Origin: Diplonema japonicum | Lineage: Eukaryota > Protista > Euglenozoa: Diplonemea | Assembly: GCA_964019335.1 (NCBI GenBank) | Contig: OZ025753.1 | Coordinates: 124,001 to 188,000 of the forward strand | Direction: 5' to 3' | Length of the DNA: 64,000 nucleotides | Shown here: positions 46,463 to 58,133 of the stretch, in pieces | How positions within the stretch are numbered: the first letter of the stretch is position 1 | How the letters are laid out: every line of letters begins with the position of its first letter | Translations under genes and position numbers: made by a program | Notes under the pieces: generated by a model | Database searches by the model: none | Seen by the model: only the letters and a program-made list of their open reading frames with translations | Told to the model about the DNA's origin: nothing

Positions 46463-49400
46463 ATGACAACATGTCTTCACATGTTGCTGCTGGCAGCCCT
46501 CCTCGCAAGCAGTGCTGCACTCCGTCACATTGGAGGCATCGATGCCCTCGGTGATGTCAACGACGTGCAAACGATAGGGAACATCGCTTACGTTGCAGGC
46601 GGGGCCACGGGTCTCATGATATTCGATGTCAGTGATGCGTCGTCGCCGAAGCTGCTGGGCAGCAGTGCTGATTGCATTGGGTGCAACACGACAGTTTTTT
46701 ACGTGACTGTGGTGGGCACAACGGCTTACGTGGTTCCTGTTAACGATGCTGAACACGTCCACACAGCGTTTGCGGTCTTCGATGTGAGCAATCCCTCTTC
46801 ACCTCAACTCACGGGTGACTATCTCCACCGGTTGCCATCATATCTACGTGTTGGGAACAACAGCCTTCCTTGGGTGCTCGAGCAGCCCGATACTCAGATC
46901 TTTGATGTGAGCAGTCCATCGTCCCCAATGGCGCTGGGAAACTTCAATGGTTTAAGCGAGTCTGGGTACCCTGGTGACATCGTGGCCGTGGGGGACTTTG
47001 TGTACATTACCCCGAGGCTGTACAATGACTATGTAAGCATCATGGTGATCGATGTGACTGACCTGTCGTCACCCGAGCTGTTCGTTAATGTGACGGGCAT
47101 ACCCTGTGCCGACAAGATCGCTGTGCGGGGGAACACTGTTTATTAAAAGGGGCTGGTAATTTGGGTTGGAATTAATCAAATAATCGCAATCAAAGATGGC
47201 TGGGGAACCTCCACGTGGTGGCCCTGGGTCCCCTCCCAAGGGGGGGGAGCAAACTCCCCAGAAGGAGGCAGCATCATCAACATGGGTGCAGGTGGCGCGA
47301 ATGGCGAGGTCAGTGAAGCCGGTGCAAGCGCAGAAGGTGAAGGCGAAGGAATGGCCTTCTCGTCAGGTGCAGGAGGTGCAGGAGAAGTGGATGGACGAGG
47401 ACGACGACAACGACAGCAGCAGCAGCAGCACGATCGTACTGCGAGCCATCTGGTGGAGAGCCGGGAGGACGGGTGGGCGAAGGTGCAAGCGGACGCCAAG
47501 AACGAGACGGTGAAGGCACTCAAGGCGCTGGGAGTCACCCTGCGGGGGATCTCGGAGCCAAGAGGCGAGGCCTGGAAGGGACAGCTGACCAAGCTGGACC
47601 TCCTGGTCTACGTGGCGGCCAACGAAGAAGGGAAGGCGAAGCAGGCTGGTGCGGGGGGCTTGTTCGTAGAGGACCGCAGGAGGAAGCGAGAGAAGCAGCC
47701 ACCACTATGGCTGAGGACGTGGGACGTGGCGGCGGCGCGGGGGATCGGAGGACCTACGGCCACCCTCACAAGCAACGGGAGGGGTCTCGGTTTGGTGCAA
47801 GACGGGAACCTGGACAGCGACGACGCCAGACACAAAGCACAGGAGGCCGGCTTGCTGGTGGGAACAGGGGCTGGACGAAAGTTCGACCTCCACGGTGTGC
47901 CACGCGGGATCACGGGCGAGCAGGTGCAGGGCTTGCTACGGAACAACGGGTGGAAGGACGCGACGGTCATTCGCGTCATCCCGAAGAAGGGGCGGCAACT
48001 GGCGGTGGTCCAGTCGGCAGAGCAACCCCCGTTCGGCGAGATGCAGGTGGGGGAGCACCGGATGGCGCTGACGGCGGCGTGGAAGCAGCAACCACTGCAA
48101 ATGGTGGTGGCGAAAGGGGAAACGAGGAAGGACCCCAACGAAAACTGCGACACACGATACTCCAAGCCCGAGTTCCTCTGTTTTTACGGCAAGAACAAGG
48201 GCGAGGAGTACTGGGCGGCCGCCGACCCCGAGAAGCTGCAGGAACGGGAGCAGAAGGACGCGACCGCGGACACGACCACAGAACAGAAGAAGAAGAAGAC
48301 AAAGAAGCCGCAGAAGCAAGAACAACGACAACAACAACAACAGAAGGACACCACGATCAACGCAACAGAGCTAGAGCAATACAAAATGCTCGTCACGAAG
48401 TTGCAGAGCGAAGTCGACCGCCTCAAAGATGCGCTAAGGAGGGTGGCACGCAGGGCGATGGAGAACAGGGCCGCGACGACCCCAGCAGCCACGACAAGCG
48501 CTGCATCCCCGAAGCGGCAGAGGAGCGGCACTCCGGAACAGAACACGGAGACGCCGACGGCGAAGAAGAAGCCTGCGACGGCGGCGGCGGCAGGTGCAGT
48601 GTCCCCGAAAAAGACAAACACGAACACGAACACGAACAAGGCAGCGTCACCGAAGCGACAGAGGAGCCAGACTCCCTCACCCTCTCCGTCGCCGAAGAAG
48701 CCCGACCCCAGCAGCCCCGGTCACAGGAAGCCAACAACCTCGTCGGAAGGGAAGCTGCAAGGCAAGGAGAAGAAGAAGCAGAAGGTGCATGTGCATGCCT
48801 GGTCTGCGACCTACCAGGCCTCACAGGGTCAATGCGGGTCATGTCATGTCCAGCTGAAAGGCAGGAGGGCGAGGGTGTGCGCCATGGAGAACTGCAGGCG
48901 GGAACAATGCGTGAGCTGCATTGGAAACCTCCCCAACTGAAAACGGGGAGGCGGAAACCGGGGTCAGAGGAGGAAGAGGACTTCGCGAGGCTCACGGCGC
49001 AGGGGATACATCCGAACCCTGGGCCCAACATGTACGTGTCGACAGTGAACGTGGCCTCCCTACGCAACCAAATAGAGGAGGTTACGACGAAGCTGGACGT
49101 CGACGTGATCTGCACGCAGGAGACGGCGCTGACCTTAGCTGGGCAGCAGGAGATGGAGCGGGAGCTCGGGAAGAAGACGAAGAAGAAGTGGAAGCCGATG
49201 TGGGGACCGCCGCAGCCGGGAAGGAAGGTGGAGGGAATCGCTTCGAACTGGGTAGCTCAGAGGGGAGGACTGGCAACCCTAATCCGAGAACCCAGGACAG
49301 CATTGCCAGGTTCTCTGGACACCAACGACCAATCTGAAGAACAACGCAGGAGGTGGCTGCACACTCAGGTCGCAATCGATGGCAAACGCAGATGGCTACA

Positions 49401-52400
49401 TATCATATCGATATACTGCCCGGCAGGAACAGGACGTGAAGAGACGGCAAAGAGGGAGACCCTCCTCCACTACATCCTGCGGAAGAAGGCGAAAGAGCTC
49501 GGCAATGTGCCAATACTCGTCGTTGGCGACTTCAACACCGACGAGGCAAGATCCCCGGAACTGCGGAAGGCACTGCAGGCAGGATGGGCGGACACAGCGG
49601 ACCTATGCGCAAGATGGAGAGGGAAACAACCTGATCCAACGTTTGTACGGGAGAACTGCGCCACGCGGATCGACAGGATACTGGCAAGTCCGGCCATCAC
49701 CGGATGCCAAGTGAACCAAGCGATCAAGGGGACGGATCAACCGGACACTGACGGTTGCGCTTGAGCTCGACAGATTCAGGATGACGGTACAACGATACAT
49801 GCTGCCGAGGGGTCTGGAGACGGCAGATGAGCCAACGGAAGAACAAGGAGCCGAAGCAGTGGAAGCAGCCGGATTCCGACAGTACCTGCACGAAGGAAAT
49901 ATAACAAAAGCCTTCGAGACCCTCTCCCGGTGCACCGAAGACCTCCTCATAGACCAACCAGTGGGGACGCCGGGGAGGGCAGCGTACGTCGGAAGAGGCA
50001 AACACACCAGCACAAAGGAGAAGGAAGTGTGTGCACCAACAACGACGGGAACGGTGGGTGCAGCTACAACGTGGCAAGCGCGACTGGAAAAGCTGAAGCT
50101 CAAGACGCGGACACTGCAACAACAGCTCGAGCAGGCAGTTGAGGACAAGGGGCTAAGCAAGCCGACCCTGAACACGATAAGAAACATGAACAGGGAAGCA
50201 ATGGCTCTGGCAGTACCATCTGAACCGGTGCCGCACGACGCTGTTCTCATAGAGGACATGCTGGCAGCAGCGCTGAACATGGAAGACGCAATTGCAGCTG
50301 AGGAACGGAAGAAAAGGACCGAGGCGAACACGTCACGGAGACGAGAATACCTGGCCGAGGTTGCAGCAGGACGCGAGACAACAAGACTGGTAAAAGTCGC
50401 GAGAGGCAAACGTCAAAGCGACGGAACCAGGGCGGTCAAGGAAGGGATGGTGCTCTTTGCGTCCCCCGGACTGATCGACAGCGTCATGCGCAAGGCGTGG
50501 AAGACCGTCTTTGCGAAATACGAGTCCCGACCGGAGCCCCTCTATGCCCCCTTCAAGGCAAAGTACAGCAAGTTCGTGCAACGGCATGAGATGGAGAGGA
50601 CACAACTGACGGGAGCAAGGCTGAGGGAAGTGCTCAGAAAGAAAAGCAAGAAAAGCGCGGCAGGCATCGACGGGTGGAGGATGCTAGAGCTACGGAAACT
50701 ACCAGAGTCAGTACTAGACGCCTGGGCGATGCTCTTCCATGCGATCGAAGCAACGGGGAGGTGGCCGGAAGCCATGAAAACGGCACTGGTTACCCTCGTA
50801 CCGAAGTGCGACGATGCGGGACCACTGGAGCACAGGCCTATCACAGTCACATCTGCGGTGTACAGACTCTGGGCATGCGCGCGACTGTCTGATATCCTCA
50901 TCTGGCAGGAGAAATGGATACACGACAAGCAATACGGATTCCGCACTGGTTTCGGGACAGAGGACGCACTTTTGGACCTCGCCCTTGACATCGAAGAATC
51001 CATTCTGGAGGGGAAACCGCTAGTCGGGGTGGCACTCGACTTTGCGAAATGCTTTGACAGTGTACCGCAACAGCTGGTTCTGGAGCTGGTGGAGGACATG
51101 GGCATGGACACAGGCATCCTCAGGGCACTGAAAGGAATGTACGCAGGCATGCGAAGACGGTTCAGGTACGCAGCAGGCGTGGGGGAGGAGTTCCACACAA
51201 CCAACGGAATCCTTCAGGGATGCCCGATTTCAGTGGTACTCATCAACGCGCTGTTGGCGGTACTAATGAAGCAGGTGGAGAACGACACAGGGGTCCGCTC
51301 GCTGTCTTACGCGGACGATGCATACCTCTTGGCACGGCTCGGTGCGGCGTTGCAGGAAGGCGTAGACGCAGTGGAAGCCTTCTGCAAACAGGTGGGGATG
51401 AAGCTCAACACCAGGAAGACGAAGACCTTTGCAGTGAACAGGAAGACACCGGAGGTGAAGGTGAAAGGCGAGGAACTGCAGCCGACACGGACTGTAGGAG
51501 TACTGGGAGCCAAGCTGCGGACAGACGGCAGGCCGCAAACCAACGGCGACAGGACGGCGGAGGCACTCGGGACGCTGAGCAGGCTGGGAGCAACGCCGTT
51601 GACCTTTCAGCAGAAGGCGAAGATCATCAGCAGCACGATCCTACCGAGCTGCCTCTACGACTGCCCATTCTCACCGCCGAAAACGGGACAAATGGCCACG
51701 CTGGTGAAGGAGACCACGTACGCGCTCTGGGGGCAGAAGTACTGCACCAGGAACCCAGGCACAGTACTATCCGTGACACTGCCGGGACACACGAGCCACC
51801 CACAGAAGACCAAGCATGACCTAGAGGCGTTGAAAGGACAATGGGCGAGAGAACGAAGAGAAAAAGCGGCCAGGCTGGGGAGAAGGCCGGCAAGACCACC
51901 AAAGGAGGAGAAACCGCTGCTGAAAGGGGATAGGTACAGGTAGAAGATGAGAACAAGGGGGCGTCTCACAAAGACTTCCTTTAACTCATATATTTATTCT
52001 TCATGCATGGAGTACTTTGGAATTGACATCAAGGATGTGGCGTCGCCTTCACCTCAGCGCTTGGCGGGTACAGGCCTCCTCTTATTCTAACATTCTTGAC
52101 TTTGATGTGGCTGGGGACATGGTGTATCTTGCTGTCTCTAATCCTCGGCTTCTCGTTCTCGATGTGAGCGCACCGTCGACGCCACGGGTTGTGGACAGCC
52201 ACTTCATCCCCGCATTCATCTCGTCTTCTTACAGACCAAGTGTCGCAGTTTCAGGTGGGAGGGTGTATGTTGCTTCTTACGGGATTTATATTTACGGGGA
52301 GAAGGCTCTCACTCCCACACCATCGTATGCCCCATCCACTGTGTCGCCTGCCACAGGACAGTCTGGTGGGGGAAGTGACAACACGTGGAAGATTGTGGTT

Positions 52401-52487
52401 GCTGTGATCAGTGTAGTTGCGGTCGTCATCATTGGAGGGGGTGTGGTCAAGGTATGTGTGTGGGGATACCCACCAAGAAAATCATAA
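46463..52487 (+). pseudogene. LVIVD copy 6: chimeric and shorter, split by a LINE (46463-47144 + 51999-52487)
   Basis: GNTVY|SSCMEYFGIDIKD rejoins across the insertion; two frameshifts at ~52058-52072; donor GTATGT at 52452. Confidence 0.85.
47145..51992 (+). mobile_element. APE-RT non-LTR retrotransposon (2A-LINE), internally deleted near the 3' end
   Basis: Candidate TSD TTTATT (47139-44 / 51993-98). ORF1 ~47196-48940 ends in a Cys/His finger, then GIHPNPGP, APE (CTQE, GDFN, RIDR) and RT (QYGF, LDFAKCFD, QGCP, YADD). Frameshift ~49700-49780. Confidence 0.9.
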
Positions 52488-53233
52488 TACAGTTCTGCTT
52501 GATGTAAAGGGAAGAGGAACCGCATACTGAAACGAGTCTTGAAGGAGTCCTAGTGGAGCTCTCCGAGTAAGGTTGTCACCCATTCGACCCAATTCCTTTT
52601 TTCTTTTTTTCTCTCTCTTAATCTTCTTCCCTCTGTTTTCTGAACGAGTCTTTGACTTGTCCAAACAAAAGGAGAACGTGCTTACGGGTTTGAAAACTTC
52701 TACAGCTTTGGGAAGTTTTTTTTTCTGTCAAGCACACGGACAAATAAGAAATACCTTCATCAGCCTTCTCTCTTTATCTATTTTTTCGCTTCTCTATTCT
52801 GACTTAAAATCATTTCAGTTACCCTTTTCCCACCTGGTTGCCCCTGAGAGCAGGTACTGAGTGCTGAGTGACCATTCGCTAAGCTCATTGTAAAGCCTCA
52901 TGATTCTCAAGGTGCTCCAAAGGCGAAAACAAAAACCCTCCCAATATTTCTATCTATACCCTTTCCCACGGTGTTATTGAGTACGAGGTAAAAGCCTCAT
53001 AGTTCTCAAGGCGGGGGGGGCGTTTAGTTAAATTCCTTTTTATGTTTTTTTTTTGTTTTATTTAAATGTTTTTTCTGTTATAGAAATGAAACTCCGATTG
53101 GGATGTCTCTATCTTGCGTGTGTGCCTGCGTAGCGCGCGAGTGTGTACAGCGCTCTCTCCTGTCCGTGCTGTGGCTGTGCGCTCTTTCGTATGATTTCGT
53201 TCAGAAGAAAAGGGGGGAGGGTGAGAAAAGAAA

Positions 53234-54154
53234 ATGTATTACTGCCTGAAGGGATGCTCAACCGTGTGCGACGGCATGAGCGACTGCTGCGGGGCGTGCC
53301 TGTTCCCTGAGGACCACCCCTCAACAGTGTTTCTGACCTTTGGCACTGTTGTGAACCTAGCCATCGCGAGTGTAGGGCTGGGCAGGATTCTTGGCGGGGT
53401 CACTTCGACAGGATGCGACGAACCAGTAAAGGTCATGACCTACGCAGCGGTGGGAGCAGCAGCAGGGCACATCCTCTTCTGCCTATACTTCTGGAAAAGG
53501 CTCGACATCGCCATGCATAAGGGGAACGACACAGATGCTGAGGCCATGCGCATGGTGAAGTACGACCCGGGGGTGTTTGTGTACATCTTGTTCAGCATAG
53601 GGAACGCCGTCGCCTTCATCATCAGCATGACGCAGAAGAACGAGGAGGACAGCTGCACCGCTCTGGCCGCGACATCGTTCTACCTCTGGCTGTTCCTCTT
53701 TCTTTACGTGCTGTTCTTGGGCATTGTAGCGTGCTTGGCTGCCTCTACTAGCTCAGCGTGGAGCAGCATAACGCGTAGTGGGTACCAGCCTGCTGCGTCG
53801 TCGCGAGGGCGTGGGCAGAATACCACAACCACTACCACTACCACTGTTTTTGTTTCTAGTTTGAACCCGTTTCAGATATTCTTTGGGTCGCCTAAGACAA
53901 GTACCGGCAGGCCTGCGCAGCAGCCTGCGGTGGCACCTTCGGTGCCACCGCCTGTGTGCTATCAGTCTATTCCCCCGTCGGGCGGGCACGCTCAGCCTGC
54001 GACGGCTTCGTTGTGCCCTGTGCCCCCGCCGTCAGGGCCGCCGGCATCGTGCGTGGTCCCGCAACCCCCTGCACCGAAGAGGGTCGAGCAGCCAGTTGTA
54101 CAGCCGGCACCATCCGCACCCCCTGCTGCAGACGCATCCAACTCGGGTTGGCAG
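53234..54154 (+). CDS. Multi-pass membrane protein (~4 TM) with Cys-rich N-terminus and Pro-rich tail; 3' end uncertain
   Basis: Four hydrophobic segments; probable donor CAG|GTATGC at 54155, after which the ORF degrades into homopolymers. Confidence 0.65.
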
Positions 54155-54606
54155 GTATGCAGGGAACGGGGAACATATAAATACCACAGGGCGCCGCTCA
54201 GCAGCCTCAATGGTAGGCAGAAGAAGAAAAAAGAAGAAAATATTTCACAAGGGGTGGGGGGAACAACTCATTTTACTTTTTTTTTTTCCGTCGATCCAAA
54301 TGTTTCAGCTCCAAAATCGCCTCATTCAATTCTTTTTTTTTTCTCTTTATGTTCCCTTTTTTTTGGGGGGGGAGAGGGGTAGAGTAAGAGGGGGGGGGGG
54401 GGAAATGGGGGAGGGAAACCATACAAGTCGAGTCGGGGGGGGGGAAAAGGGCTAACCTAGGAATTTCTTCTTCTTTTTTTTTCTTCCTTTTTTCTTTTTC
54501 TTCCGCCCCCACCCCGTCCGTTTAATATATATATTCCCTCTCTTTCTGACACCCCTGTTACAAAACAAAAGTTGTGGGAAAAAAATAAAAAAAAATAAAA
54601 AAAAAG

Positions 54607-55566
54607 ATGAACATGACCACGCGGATAAGAACACCGTCAAACGAACTGCACGAGGTGGTGGTGACCGACAGGGACACGATCACGAATCTTTACCGAAAGG
54701 CAGCGGAAGCGGCTGGGGTGCATCACGACTCCTTTACCCTACACCACGAAAACGAGGACCTTCATCGCAACGCAGCAACAGATGTCTCCAAAATCGGGCT
54801 GACCCACGACAGCGAAATCTCAATGCTGCCGAAATCAGGCGGCACCGTCCACGTTACAGCCAGGGAACTGAAGAACAACAGCGAACTGTGGGCAGCTAGA
54901 CTACAAACTGACCCAGAGCTCACCATCGTCATTGACGTCTCAAGCACAGGACTGGCATCCTTCACACAGAATTCCATCCCGGAAAACGTACGCCATCTGA
55001 AAATAGAAGACTCATCGTCACTGGTTAGATTTGTTGGGAACGACTTCCTCGCGTCATGCTATAGTCTTGTGACTGTCGATCTGACTGGTCTCAAGGGGGT
55101 GGCGTTCATCGGGGGGAATTTTCTATCCGGTTGTACTTCTTTGCGGAAGGTACTGCTTCCCCCTTGTGTGGGTCTTGTGGAGGTGAAACCTTGTTTTCTC
55201 TCGTACTGCGAGTCCTTGGAGAGTGTTGATTTGAGTAGTTTAGGCAATGTTACTGTTCTCGGGCACGGGTTTCTCGCTTATTGCCGCTCGCTGACCGCCC
55301 TCGACATTTCCCCTTTGCAACGCGTCGTGTCGATCGGGGACTGTTCGCTTATGCACTGTTCGTCTCTTGTCTCCGTCGACCTTTCGCAGCTCCGTTGTGT
55401 TGCTTCCATCGGCGATTATTTCTTGAAGGGTTCCTCGCTCACGCACGCCAACCTCCGTACGCTGCAAAAGCGCAACACGACAGTTGGCCGTGGCTTCCTT
55501 GACGGTACCAGCGTTCCCACAGTGCAACGGAGGCTGCGGGAGCCCTGCGGGTGTTTATTAATGTAG
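54607..55566 (+). CDS. Ubiquitin-like domain + leucine-rich-repeat (BspA-like) protein
   Basis: UBL N-terminus and repeats of IGxxFLxxCxSLxxVDLSxL. Confidence 0.85.
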   Translation: MNMTTRIRTPSNELHEVVVTDRDTITNLYRKAAEAAGVHHDSFTLHHENEDLHRNAATDVSKIGLTHDSEISMLPKSGGTVHVTARELKNNSELWAARLQTDPELTIVIDVSSTGLASFTQNSIPENVRHLKIEDSSSLVRFVGNDFLASCYSLVTVDLTGLKGVAFIGGNFLSGCTSLRKVLLPPCVGLVEVKPCFLSYCESLESVDLSSLGNVTVLGHGFLAYCRSLTALDISPLQRVVSIGDCSLMHCSSLVSVDLSQLRCVASIGDYFLKGSSLTHANLRTLQKRNTTVGRGFLDGTSVPTVQRRLREPCGCLLM

Positions 55567-56814
55567 ATTTTTTTTTTTTTTGTTTCTTCTTCAAAGGTGA
55601 ATAAAACCCTGTGGGAAGGGTTGATCACCCACCTGCATTCCTCTATCTCTCTTTCTCTCTCTCTCTCTTTCTCTCGCTATTGCCTTACTCGAGAAGGTAA
55701 AGTGAATTTTTTTGACTTGGGGTTTTGCCGTAAAAGGTTGTAGACCGAGTACGCTTTCTTCTTTTTTTTTCTTTCTTTCTTTTAACTCCCTGCTGCATCG
55801 GTGGCCTACCACACACGTGCGACGGGAGGGCCGATATTGCTGAAGCACACGATGCTCTGCATCGAACCCGATAGTATTGTTGGGCTTGTCCTTCTACAGG
55901 TTAGCCCCGTTGCACAAATAACAATCAACCGATTCTTTTTTTTTTTTTTTTTTTGTTGAAAGCTAGTTGATGGCAGCGTAATGAGTTATTTTTGTTAGTA
56001 GAATTTTTCGCTCGTGCGCACAAAGAAATGAAGCTACTTATTGACCTGGTCTGGTTCCCCACTTTTTTTTTTTTTCTCTTCTTCTTTTTTTTTTTTGTTT
56101 TCAAATATTCTTCTGTTCAGGAAAATATAATTTAGTGCCGACGGCACAATAAAAGACATGTAAAGAATTATATATATATATATTTTTTTTCTAGTTAAAA
56201 GAGGAACTGGCCGTTGTTTTGTACGCTTTCGTTACAAACACACTGTAGAAATAACGCTCGAGCGCCAAAGGCGGTTTATGAAGCAAAATCAAAGTCTTCT
56301 TTTTTCTGATTTTTTTTTTCTTCTTTGTTGCTCGTTGTGTGTGTGTTTTTCTTTCGCGTTCGGGAAATTGTCTTGTTCGCCATTATTTTTTTTTGGGGGC
56401 CCCCACACATCGCCACTGGATGGGTCTGATGAAAAAAACAATATCTCGGCTACCCACAGTTTGTGTCCGAAGAGGGCATCCACATCAATTTGTGCTGTAT
56501 TTCTGTCTGTAGGAAAAAAAGAAAATGTGAACCGAGAGCAGAATGTTTGTTTGCAGATTTCTCAACTCACTTTTAAGGCTTTCTAAATCATTTTCTCTTT
56601 TCTTTTTTCTTTTTCTCCCATTTCTTTCGCATTTTCTTTCTTTTTTTCTGCCCTCCCCCCCGCCCACTTCAAAAGGATTTCTTTCTTAAACTGCTATTTT
56701 CTTTCTTCAGGCAAAAAAGAAAATCGAATTTCTTTTTCAACGAATATACAAAAAGAAGAAAAGAGAAGGAAAAAAAAAAACACTTTTGCGGCAGTCAAAG
56801 GAGAAAGAGGGGGG

Positions 56815-56990
56815 GGTTCGCGATGTGGAAGTGGTCGGAGCCAGTGGGGTTCCTGTAGGACGTTCAAACTGGTTTGGGAGGGAAAGGTGCTGGATAGGTC
56901 TGAAGACGGTGAAGAGCAAAGGAGCGATCTCGTGAAAGTAGCGCCCGAGTGGGAGAATGTACTGCAGATGCTCAGGGTGACGAACAGGCA
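56815..56990 (+). pseudogene. Decayed partial duplicate of the UBL-LRR gene at 57219
   Basis: Similar, with deletions, to 57251-57480. Confidence 0.6.
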
Positions 56991-57076
56991 GCAAACTGCA
57001 GTTGCTTGTACGCCAGGCGGTATATAAGCAACCAAAGTCATTCTTCTTTTTTAATTTCTTTTTTATTTACCTTAGA

Positions 57077-57108
<32 letters not shown>

Positions 57109-57218
57109 CCCAACCTTTGGAACGTTTTTGAAACGGAAACATAGCCCCTAAAGGGGGGGGGAACCTTTTTTAAAAAGTTAAGTTTCGAAAAAGGGGAAAA
57201 AGAAAAAAAAAAGAAAAG

Positions 57219-57944
57219 ATGAGCATCACAGTGTTTGTGAGGACGCAAGCTGGGGTTCACGATGTGGAAGTGGCTGGGACGGAGACAGTAGGGAGCCTGT
57301 ACAAGAAAGCGGCGAGTGCAGCAGATCTACTGGAAGGGATGTTCAAACTAATTTGGGAGGGGGAGGTTCTGGACAGGTTCGGGGATGAAGAGATCCAGAG
57401 GAGCGGTCTCGTGGAGGGAACTGAGGTTCAGGTGAAGGCGAGCCCGAAGGTAAGCTTCGCGGAGATTTGTGAGAATCCCGAATTGAAGCAAGAGCTCGGG
57501 CATCTTGTGGCGGCTGACCCCGATCTGGTTCTAGAGATCGATGTAGGGGACTTGCCAAAGGGAAAGCTAGACCTCAAGAAGCGACACCTCCCTTCCAAGC
57601 TGCAGGGCCTCATCATCACGGACACGTATGGCCGCGTGAGCGAGCTGGAAACTGGTTTTCTTTACGAGAGCCATGACTTGACATCCCTCGTTTTCCGTGG
57701 CTTCACGAGCGTGAGAACCATTGGCAACTACTTCCTGTGCTCTTGCTGCGGGTTGAGGACCCTGGAGTTTGGTGGCTTTACCAACGTAACTTCCATTGGT
57801 ATTTACTTCATGTATTCGTGTTGGTCTTTAGAAAACCTCGACTTGAGCGTCTTCGCCAATGTCACCACTGTCGGCAAGCACCCTTTGGAAGCCTGCCAGT
57901 TGGAAGATGTAGAAATTCCATGGGCTACAAAGAGGGCCCACTGA
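57219..57944 (+). CDS. Ubiquitin-like domain + leucine-rich-repeat protein
   Basis: MSITVFVRT...ETVGSLY...LIWEGEVL, then IGNYFLCSCCGLRTL-type repeats. Confidence 0.85.
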   Translation: MSITVFVRTQAGVHDVEVAGTETVGSLYKKAASAADLLEGMFKLIWEGEVLDRFGDEEIQRSGLVEGTEVQVKASPKVSFAEICENPELKQELGHLVAADPDLVLEIDVGDLPKGKLDLKKRHLPSKLQGLIITDTYGRVSELETGFLYESHDLTSLVFRGFTSVRTIGNYFLCSCCGLRTLEFGGFTNVTSIGIYFMYSCWSLENLDLSVFANVTTVGKHPLEACQLEDVEIPWATKRAH

Positions 57945-58133
57945 GTAAGCCGACTTGGGGGGGAGGGAAAAAAAGAATAGTGTTTCAAAAAAAGAAAAGT
58001 GTCTCTTCATTTTCTTTTTTTTTTTTTTTGTTAAAGACCATTTGCCCTTAAGTACCGCTTGTTCTTTTTTTTCCCGTATCTTTGTTATAAATAATGCTCA
58101 CAGCCACAGGTTGGAAAAGAAGAATACGAATAA

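Noticed and set aside
47473-48940. Long overlapping second ORF within LINE ORF1
   Set aside because: The purine-rich, T-poor strand makes stop-free frames likely; the translation is low-complexity until the 2A/APE region.
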